Shown: positions 24,901 to 35,600 of the stretch, piece by piece
Layout: every line of letters starts with the position of its first letter
Position numbering within the stretch: position 1 is the stretch's first letter
Assembly: GCA_965637545.1 (NCBI GenBank)
Contig: OZ281499.1
Span: 16,306,001-16,370,000, forward strand
DNA: 64,000 bases
Direction: 5' to 3'
Origin: Phallusia mammillata
Taxonomy: Eukaryota
Translations under genes and position numbers: made by a program
Notes under the pieces: model-generated
What the model saw: only the letters and a program-made list of their open reading frames with translations
Databases searched by the model: none
Told to the model about the DNA's origin: nothing

Positions 24901-27737
24901 GGTGCGGTATACATATTTTTTACAGGCGACAGAGTTGTTTACTTATATCCGAGACGGATTTATTCAACTTCTCCACACCGAAGTTACTTGGATGGACAAG
25001 AAAACCAAAGATTACGCAATAAGAAAAGCTAATGCAGTCATTTATGATATCGGTTACAATCCGAAAATTTACCAGAACACTACCTATCTCGACAATCAAG
25101 TCTCACACGTGAGTATGGAGTATCCATAGTATCCACAAACCTCCACAAAAAACAAAATCCGGTTTCGGTGGTACTCAATAGATGTTTACAGTTTGCTTTC
25201 ATCAGGGTTTATAATTATAGCCTACAGTTTCGAAAGCCCGTTATAACATATTAATAAATTAAAGGAAATGTAGTTTAGTAATTAAACTATCCACCAAATG
25301 TACAAACAGTTTATCAACTACAAAACGTTTATGTGTTTCAAACTAAGATTGTAGTGTTGATTCCGTTTGTCAAAAAGCTAATAGAGCTCATTTGAAAAGT
25401 GCACCCTATTTCCACTTGGTAAAAGTTTTAACAACGTACATTCCATTGCATTTCTGTTTATAGCTACGAGTCAATGTTGGTGATTACTTTGGCAACACAT
25501 TGCGTGCTTTGACAACCATCGCACAAAACAAGTTTAAGCTGATCGGCCAAAGTTACGACCCAAAATTGGTTCCATTCACCTACAGACCAACCATGGTCAA
25601 CTCATTCTACAGCAACTCATACAACCGCATCAGTAAGTAGTCAGTGGTCCCAGTTGATTTCATTCCAGTTTCAAGTCTTCTGTCGGTAGCTTTTGTTACA
25701 TGTATTTCTTGCCTAGAAAGTGACATCAAAATTAAAAGAAGAGGGTAAACAAAGTTAAATTTTCCTATAGTAAACCAATTTGGTGATCAGGTTAATGAAA
25801 AGTTTTATAAACTGTATAGAACAAACTAATACACATACCTCTCTTGTAAACAGCATATTTTTACAGTGATTCTGGCAGCTATAATGCAATACCCGATGTA
25901 CTGGGGGGATACGTTTCCACGGTAAGTAAAAAATAATGAATTTATTTGATGTCGCCGTTGGACCTGTGGTCTTTAATACCCTAAAGTTTGCCTAAACGGA
26001 AAATACCGTTAAAGTATTGTGCCAGTCAATAATAGTTATACATCAATTTCTTACACCCCTGTTATATATGTATTTGTTTAAAGGGTTTTTCAATACGGCG
26101 CCATGGGCAGCATTGTGGGTCACGAGCTTACGCACGGTTTTGACGACACTGGTCGGCTGTATGGTGTGCACGGAAACAGATACAACTGGTGGTCAGCTGA
26201 GGCTGTCGCTGGGTTTAGAAAGCGATCTGGTTGTTTGGTAAACCAGTACAACAACTTCTATTCAATGGAGGCTGGATTGTATGTAAGTGAAGGCATGTAG
26301 GCGATCTGCAGTTAAATATTTAGTGTAACATAAAATACGTTAAAGTAACTCCTGTTTAAGCAACTAAAAGCGTGTAACTGTGTGATGCTTTTTCCTATTT
26401 TAAATAGTTGCTGTTTTAAAAAATACAAAAAAATTTACTTTTTCAACATGTGCATTCCTTTACTATTTTTGTGATGCACTTGGCAAAATTTGTGTAGCCC
26501 GTGTGGGCATTTGAAGTTCTATTTGGAACTTTTGATGTTTTATTTGGAAAAACATTTGGAGTTGCCACAATGCTTTGCAGCTTAATGGAACCAGAACTTT
26601 GACTGAGAATATTGCGGATAATGGGGGAATCAGAGAGGCCTACGTGGTGCGTATGACTTTGTGTAGTAATCAATACAGCAGTTCGAGTTAATGGCAACTG
26701 TTTAAACATCTGTTTTGTGAAGGCACTTTTCGGTTATTTTTTCATGTGTAGCATTTTTACCCCTAAGCCCCGCTTCTGCTTGTGGGCGAGAAACTAGTTG
26801 TAGAAAAGCTGTTTCAATTTTTTAGCAACTAAAGTGGTTTCATTGTCAGTTTATCTGTCTGTGCTATTTTAAGATTTGTGAAAACCGCGACATCGATTTA
26901 GGCTTAACACAACTTGATTAATCTTGTTTTGTAGGGATATCATATGTGGTTGAAAGCAAACGGACTGACTGGAGAGCAAATTGAACCAACAACTGGTTTT
27001 ACGAACGATCAGATGTTCTTTATCGGGGCTGGTGGTGTACGTGAAGTTGTACAATTTTTAACTGTTTTAGGCGAAGCGGCAGTTGGGGCTAAAACCTAAT
27101 TTTTGTACAAATCCCAAACTAGGCCCACAAATTGTTGAAATTATGACACAAAGTGGTGTCAGGCCTGAATTAAGTTCGTTTTAATGGTAGGTTAAGTTTA
27201 AAACCCGAATTACAAGTCACATATTTTACTAAGTTACTTTACGCTTAAATCAATACTTTACTGATAAAAGTATGAATAATATTTCTTACAAATAAATTTC
27301 CAGTCTATTTTTTGTTTACTGCTTTGATTTTTATTACAGTATCGATGCGGCCATTCAACACATGCGAGCGCTGTACATGAGGTAAATACCGACTCTCACA
27401 GCCCTTCGAGATTCAGGTGAGAATATAACCTAAGGAAAACATCGTGTTACAAGCCAACTTCTGAAATGGTTGTTAAACATTAACTGACGTTATTCTCTTG
27501 ATCGGTTCGTTTGAATGTCTTCTGGCACGATAGCAACCCCAAGTCTTTCTCATTCCGAAGTGCTTGCACATGTTTGTTTAGTGCTTTTGTTGTGCACCTA
27601 AAATTAAAGTACCTATTACCAATATTTATTTTTTTAGGACAGTCGGTTCCTTACAGAACTTTGACAAGTTTGCGGAGGCATTTAACTGCCCATTAGGTTC
27701 TTACATGAATCCGATAAAGAAGTGCATCATTTGGTAG
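18929..27737 (+). CDS. PHEX: PHEX-like M13 zinc endopeptidase, paralog 1 (signal peptide + acidic segment + Sushi-like module + M13 domain); 20 exons, 900 aa
   Basis: Exons 18929-19072, 19445-19718, 19992-20118, 20259-20365, 20459-20512, 20792-20953, 21965-22048, 22200-22399, 22743-22802, 23415-23603, 23962-24089, 24156-24378, 24926-25108, 25464-25632, 25867-25921, 26084-26282, 26581-26646, 26935-27036, 27340-27416, 27638-27737 total 2703 nt in frame. Motifs: CTTTEC, NPCNDFYDFACGRW, VNSFY, HELTH (26121-26135), [17 protein letters not shown], terminal KCIIW*. Family assignment is certain; PHEX subfamily assignment is by eye and the symbol means PHEX-like. Confidence 0.93.
21084..21540. mobile_element. 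hAT (Charlie-like) MITE, 457 bp, in intron 6 of M13 paralog 1
   Basis: Perfect 14-bp TIRs caggggtgtccaac / gttggacacccctg. 8-bp TSD gtttaggg / gtttaggc. Subterminal tggcacgc repeats at both ends. Confidence 0.9.
22434..22639. repeat. Diverged direct repeat, ~90 bp x2 (period 117), intron 8 of paralog 1
   Basis: tacaatatcgaatg...aagcattcaagttgggattt...ttttgcaacc.tgttacttgcaa...gagcctg at 22434-22523 and 22551-22639. Confidence 0.9.
22910..23195 (-). mobile_element. Older copy of the hAT MITE family at 43164-43475, opposite orientation, intron 9 of paralog 1
   Basis: Its reverse complement begins cagagatgtaagcgggccc and ends ccgaacccggcccgaaaagcccagcccgacttatacgtctg, matching both ends of the 43164 copy. 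The TSD is degenerate (atctagat / atacagac). Confidence 0.75.
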
Positions 27738-29682
27738 ATTCTGCGTCAAAAATGATTCACACCCAAGTTTGGCACGTGGTTTTAAAGGTGCTACCAGAAG
27801 AGTTGTACAGCGAGTAAAAAAAGAATAAGAATAGCAGTTTATGTGCATTTATATTTATGTTTGTTTGCAAAGTAGTTAATCAAGCTGAGGAGCATTATTG
27901 TACTGTTGTGTTTGTGTTGCAATTGGGCTTTGTGATCGGATCGTCAAAATTTTTGTTCGCTAATTATCATTGGATTTTACATGTACAGTCACTTTAGTGT
28001 AGTAATGTCCAAACTTTTTCGAGTGCAAGATTTCAGTCAAGGTTTTGCACTTGTCTTGAGATTTACCAAAGTTGGGATTTATCGCTATTTGAACTTGCTT
28101 GACTTTGTTAATTTATGCCCGGTCTTATTTAACGTCAATTTTTTCGTGTACAACATTACACACAGATAAAAAAAAAACACAAAGCGACGTACTGTCGAAG
28201 CTGAGAACCACTGCTTTATTGCAAAATTACATAACCAAAATATTTTGTCACTTATACTAAACAAATAAAAGCTTGTACGCCTGTCTTCTGCTTATTTTGG
28301 CTTCCATACTGTCAAAATAAATGACGGAAAGCAAACCAATAAAACTCCTTCAAATTTCTTCCAATTTATGGGTAAAACGCCGTGTTGGAACGGATGTCAT
28401 ATGATCCATAAGCTTTTTTAAATACCGTTGTGAAACTTTGAATTTCAATGATTTATTTTATTGATTTCCATAATCACGTAAAAATGCATTGTGAAGTGAT
28501 GTTTTTGACAGTCGCATATGTTTTCTGTTGAAAAGTTTCCATGTAATATCCAAGACTCGCAAATATCCAAGCCTAGACCTTATCTGAACTATATGAGATA
28601 AAATTTGGTGAATTTTGATTTGCTTTATTGAGCACTGTTGTTATTTTCGGGTTTAAGAAATACAAAAAGTAATACTTTGCCAAAGTTGAAATTTCATAAT
28701 TTAGTTGTTATTACAGACTTTAAAAGTAAAGTGTCAGAATACTAAATCTATAAAAACGTCCAACATTAAAATGTGTAACATACATGTTACAATTCGCTAC
28801 GCGATGATTTAAAGTTTAGATAAGGGTTTGTTTGAAATCAGAAAGCAGTAAATTACCACATTCATACATTCCCACGCATTGTCTGTGGCCAGCAGAATCC
28901 AAAATAAATCAGGCGTTTATCAATAGTGGGAAATCAGTTGCAATTAATCGTTTACAAAGTCCCATCAAATTCCTTGTACACAGATTACACTCTGTGTTGC
29001 TATTCCAAACGCTTGAAACAGCTCAAATTGCAACGAGGCTGTGTTAAGTATTGTGTAGGAGTTAAATAAGGTTGATCCGCTTCCTTTCCCTGCAAACTGG
29101 CGGGCTGTGGGCAACACCAGCTATTTTGCCAACCCATATGGAAGTCCGAAGCGCCGACGTACTGTTTTACAGTCACGTCTTTTTGAACAGGAGTGACTCG
29201 CTGGAGATGACTGTTACTTATCTAACACCGGCGCTATTGTTTCGCTTGATGCAGGCTTAACGGACTTTTGAAGAAAAGTTTTCTAGATTCACATTATGGT
29301 GCTTGAATGTTTGGCGTTATAGCTGTTATGAACACAATAAGTAACAATATTAGGCAGTGCTTTTTGAGGGATACCAATTTTTGTGAAAGAAAGTTCGATT
29401 TGCATGGTGTAGGCTCTATGGTCAAGCCTAGTACAACCTAGATTGTCAGTTTTTAATGTTTCTTAATAAATAGTTACAAAACGATAAAAAAACGCATAAA
29501 GAAAGATTTTAGGCATGCGCTGTTAGCTGTATAGAATATTAGTTTTCAAAATTGCGCTTTTATAGTAACAGATCACATTGCGAAAAGACGAATCGTGTAT
29601 TATCACTATTAATACAAACCCATGAAAGCTACCTCTGTTACATAAAAGATAAAGAAGTGCTTATTTGTTCAACAGGGGCGTC

Positions 29683-32600
29683 ATGTTTTTGCTCAAGTTA
29701 GGTGGGCTGTGTTTTGTCGTTTTTCTTGTGTATTGTCGCAATGCAAAAGCCATTGACGCTCCTATCTCAGTTGATTTTGACTTAGAAGTCGAAGATGACA
29801 GCACCATCGACGAAGAAGCGGTAAGTAGACCTCCTGTGTGTTTCCTTATTTCCTTTGAGTCAACTCCTTGGATTTTCCTTACTTGAATGCGCTGTCCAAC
29901 TGGGTAATTTCGATTTTCGCAACCAGCATTTTCTTTTCGGTTTCGACGATTTTTAAATTCGGTGATTTCCGTTTAACTGCGTTGTCAATTGGGCCGCTCT
30001 CTTGAGGAAAAGGAAACTTTTCTGAGACAGCATACAAAAGTACCATATTTGCTGAAACAATTAGCTTATGTTTTAACCGGTTTGCGTAAGTAATCCAACG
30101 TAAGATAATATAGGTTTTTATGATCGCATCAAGTATTCAATCATGTAGTTACTGTAAAATGAAACACAGCCGTTTAAAATTGTCCACAAGTTTAAAACTT
30201 TAAGTTCAAGATGGCCTGATATTGCTGTATCGGGACCCTATACTCGATGCTATGTTCGGTAACAGTTCTCGTCCAATTCTTCTACGAAAACCAAATAGTT
30301 TGCCGAATCAGCAGTTTAACGAAGATTCGGTTTTGTACGAGTAATTGGTTATGCTGCGTTTAAAATCTATTGCTTTTGATATAATAGTAGAAGTGAATCA
30401 CACGTCTAGTACACTTTGCTTTAGTATCTTGGCGCGCACAACCAAAATATTACCGCAAGTTTGGTACTTTCAGCACGTTTACGTTAACTTACGTTAAACC
30501 CGCTCCAATTATATTGTTTGGGCCGATTGATGTTGTCTGAGTTTTGGCAAATTGGCGCACAGACATTCAAATGTAATAAGTAGCGAAAAGCAAAACATAT
30601 TGGATCCTTTAACGTTGGCCAGGAAAACCCATACTCACTCAAAACCGTTTGATATTTTTAATTACAATCGTGTTTTTAATTTAAATTACAATCGTTACAA
30701 TTACGCTAGTACAATATGGACAAGCACTGCCCAAAAAGTATAGGTACATGATGTAGTTTACACTGGGATCGGATAAAAATAGGTATCGGGCCAACCCTAC
30801 TGACAGCACTGGCAAAATACAACATATTTATGCCATTTTTATGCAGGAAAGGGAAATGGCTTCAATATCTGATGAAAATCTCAAAGAAGCAAAATCAGAT
30901 CTAAAACTTGATTCAAAAGCTCAAAAAGAAGAGCAAGATGTCTTCCGATTAGATGGTATGCAGGATCTCGAAGATCGAATCCTCGAAGAGTTGGACTCTT
31001 TAACTGATGAGGATGATCAAGAAGTAGAAGAAGCTATGGAGGATGTTCAGGAAAATGAGATGGAAGACCTTGAAGAATATGATGATCAACATTTTATGAA
31101 GAAGAGAGACACAAGAGTTTTCTTCATGGAGAATTTATTGAGGGATATCTTGGCAAATTATGATGTGGAGGACGATGGTATGTTTTATAATGCATTCAAT
31201 ATTTTAAATTTCGGTTTTAACTTGTTTTAAAAACAACACGATTCCTCTAATTTTTAAAGCCAATGCTCTTTTTATGTCCATTGGATTATCGGAACTCGAA
31301 ACAAATACGATTTTAAACGGATAGTTAAAATTACTTAGTTTAAAATACTCACTTGTAAAAATTCATATACTTTGTGGTTAGCTGGAAAATTTTGGTTTGT
31401 CACCATACCGAATTTCGGGTTTCGCGTTTCAGATAGTGAAAGTGCAAGAATGAAGAGAAAATGTTCGACGTTTGTCAAACCAACCACAAATGCGAAAACT
31501 ACGTGTGGCAGAACGACAACAATGTTTGGAAAAATTAAGTGGTGCCATATTCAGTGCAATACAGGATACAAGTAAGGCTTCATAACTGAAAGGATTTGTG
31601 ATACAGGCTGTTGGCTTTTGCTGCTAAGTGTTTATAATATATGATTTACATACATGTATGAAAACAATTTATCTTGTGTTTGTTTGCATGCACCACTAGC
31701 TGTATAGTAACAGAATTGAATCCAATTATTATAGAGATAAACTGTTTTGGTCAGTTACTTTACGCTTTTTGCGAACCAGAAAGGTGTCAAGCATTTGTTT
31801 GGGGTTGTGATTCAACTAGTTTTGTTTTGCATTTCTAAAATACAGCCTTTAACTCGTAAACCTTTGCTCCCATGTATCAAATGCTAACTAATAGCTTTAT
31901 CGCCGTTCACAGTTTTGTCGCCATTTTTAGGCGCTCGTTGTGCACTAGAACAGGGGTCGGCAACCTTTTTTGCACCGCGGACCGTTTTTGAAAGTGAAAT
32001 TTTATCGCGGACCGGTCTTCAAAAAACTACAAATATTTAGCAATAAAAACACCTAAATTAGTTTATCATTCCCGGGATACATGGACAAAATGTTTTAAAC
32101 CGTTCCACAGGAAAAGTTATACGGCCCGGTAACGAACTCCTCGCGGATCGGTACCGGGCCGCGGACCGGCGGTTGCCGACCACTGCACTAGAACGCAAAA
32201 AGTCAACATGCTATTGTTTGGTCTCAAGTTGCAGTATAAGTTAATGCGAGTAACACAATAAAACCAGTGTCTTGGCAAATGGTGTGGAGCGACAGGACTC
32301 TTTTGTATCATACAAAACACCTTTTAAAAGCAAAATTCGTGATTTGTTTTGGCTGATAACGCACTTGTGTGATTTACGCAAATACGTAAAGCCTTGATCT
32401 TAAAAGCCAAACAATTTAGAAACTACTGTCGATATTGCAGCCCTTGCTTACATTGCAAAATACAGGTCTCATTTGCAATATATATGCTAGATACGTGTTG
32501 TTTAGGTGTTGTGTTTAGCAAGGTAAACATACAATATCTATATATTCTGTTGGTTTTCTTCACTTTTTGATGGTGGCAATGACTCATACCATGGTTTCCA

Positions 32601-35600
32601 ACATCGATTGTCCCAACACACTATAAGCATCTTTTGCCCAATGGGTGTCAAATATGTACGCAGCGAGACAAAGCTGTTTGTGACTCAAAATTTCTCATGT
32701 AGCTTATAATAGATTTAATAAGCATTTCATTTGTGTCTTAAAACTGACGTCATAGTTTGCGACAAATGTTATAAATATATTTTGCTTGTGTTTATCAATT
32801 TGGTAGCTCCACATTTTGTGCGTGGATGCTAATTTCGTGACTTGTTAACGATTTAATATGTGATTATTTAATAATGCAATGACTTAGCGCACAATAAACG
32901 CTTAAATTAACTTGTGATTCAATGGGTTATTCATCTATTATACCAAAATCATTATTTTCTTATTGTTCGTTTCCCTAGACATTTGTTTTCAGACATTTTG
33001 AGATTCAAGTGGTATTGGGGAGTTTGACCCCTGTTCCAAACAGATACATTTGTTTAGCTATAGGTTCGGCGACCCTTTTTTAAACTGTAGCTGGTATTTT
33101 CTGCTTTGTTGTAGATGAGCCTACATATTTGGGTGTTTTCTTAACGTGCTATCAAAATAGATGCTGCCATTTGTTGTGACTAGTTGTATAGTTTCAACTC
33201 ATATATGTGTTTGTTTTTAGATTGAAACACGCCTACCCGCAATACGAACTGTGCGGGAAAGCCACAAAATATAGATGGACTTACGAACTTCGAGGGCTAC
33301 AATCCGGCACAGAACGATGCATTGCTGGTTTGTGTGACTTCTAGCTGGTTTGTGTGACTTCTAGTCGTTGCTTTTTCGGAATTTATTACATAAAAAAGTT
33401 TTTACTTAAATTAGCCCCCCTATAGACATTTTATTGTCAGAATATAAATTAGTGTTTCAATTTTTGTAACAACAACATTTTATCCATGCAAACTCGTAGG
33501 AACTGGAACCACCACCAACGCATCTAGCAATGTCTGCACAACAAAGGAGTGCTTTTCCACAGGTAAACAAACAAAAATGTAAGCAATTTTTCAGTATGTT
33601 TGTTAAACAACTATATTAACTTTCAGCCGCGTATTACATGAACAAATTCGATTTTTCTGTCAATCCTTGCAACAACTTTTTCGACTTTGTTTGTGGACGT
33701 TGGTTGAAAGAAAATCCGATTCCTCCTTCCAAAAGTCATTTCCTTACCTACACAACAATTCGAGACCGTGTGATTTACGACATTGCTGGTAAAAAAATCA
33801 GTTATTGTGTAAAATTTTGCTGGTGTTTAATGTTTTTTGCTTTTAAAGTGATTTGGTGTCCTTACAGTTTACGTCTAATGACAAAATTGATTGTTATGGT
33901 TATAAAAAACAATGTTGAGGTCTTATATAAAATATTACTTATACTTCTTGCAGATTTACTTAATCTTCCAAACAAGTTGACAGATTGTTCCGCTGTGCAA
34001 AAAGCTAAAGTTGCATACAAAGCTTGCATGAATACAGGTAAGGATTGCCAAAGAATGTGCCGAACATTGCTTAATACCAACACGTTTCTAATAGTTTAAA
34101 TCTATCTACGTTCTTGCTGAAACAGTATTTTCTCATAGGGCAACTTATACGTCTCCCTAGGTAGCGTACTAACCAGGACCGAAAACGTTGGTTGGCTAAA
34201 GAACCAGTATCAAGGGAGCAAATACTGTTTCAATAACATGAATAGCATTAACAACCTATTTTGTTCCTTTAGCTTAATCCTATCAAATTTGTGGATAACA
34301 TTTACACATTCAAAAATGGGGTTTCTTTACATTTTAGCATTGATTAATCTGCTTGACGCGAATCCATTGATGAAGTTTTTGGAGAAAAAGTTGGCTTGGC
34401 CTATAATTGACCCAACGTGGGATCCAAACACGTTGTTTGTCGATAAAACTGTTGCCGAGCTTCGTGGTTTATACAACAACCAAGTTCTCCTGAAAGTAGT
34501 GGTGCGAAAACAGAACGGAGTCCATGTGTTACAGGTATATTCTAGTTGTATAATATTTCCAAATTTTACAAATGTATTTTTGCTAAGTTATATTTGAGTA
34601 AAAAAGTATTTGCTGAATTACAAGTATTTTTGGCTAAATTATGTTTGAACAAATCTCTGTACTGATAAAGTACCAAAATCGTCTATAGGTGATATCATAT
34701 ACTACTTCAAAAAAGATAGATCAATGTTTGCAAATATCTGTAGTACACAAATGTAGATTGTAGTGAAAAATCTCGAGGACAGATTGTGACCCTGTTTATG
34801 TAAATCCGTTACATCCGGCATTGCACAACACATTGTTGCACCCCGTTCGGCGTTCTACTTTCCCTTCCTGATGCGTAACTGACATGCTGTTGCTCTAAGA
34901 ATCCACAATTCAAAATCATTAATCATTTACTTTGCCTTTGTTTGACTACATTCAACATACGCTGTAGAAACTGACTGTAAAACCGGTCTAGGTTGCAAAA
35001 TTTAAGAAAATATTCTTATAAGGTAAAACATCAACATTGACAAATTATTTTGTAGACTTGGAAAGGAAAGATGGCACTTCCATTTGCTTACTACCTGGAA
35101 GAACGTTATGCTGATGTGAGTTCTTTGTATTTCTTCGTTAGATGTACCGAAAAAGCAAATTCATTTCAAAAGTTAGTTTCATGCACACAAAAATTTAGGG
35201 TCATTTTGGTTGGCAATGGCTTTGCTAATTCATTACCACTACACAGCAAAACTATTTTGAAGAAATGGAACAAAACTTTACACATAAAATCCTCCATATC
35301 AGGAGTCTGATCGTTTCTGGAGCCCTTATTTTGGAATATATGATTTTTTCCCCATCTGGTGCTCTGAACTATAGTACAATTTTTCTATTCCAAACTAATT
35401 AAACATCTTTCGTTTAGAAACTGAGCGCTTATTACGATTTAATGCGAGATACAGCTCTTATGCTGGGCGGCGACAGAGAAACTGTCGATCGGGATGTTCG
35501 TGACGTAAAAATATTTGAAAAGAAGTTGGCCTATCATAAAGCTTACGACTGGGACTATTACACTTCCATGACTCTCAAACAAATGCAAGACGAAATTCCC

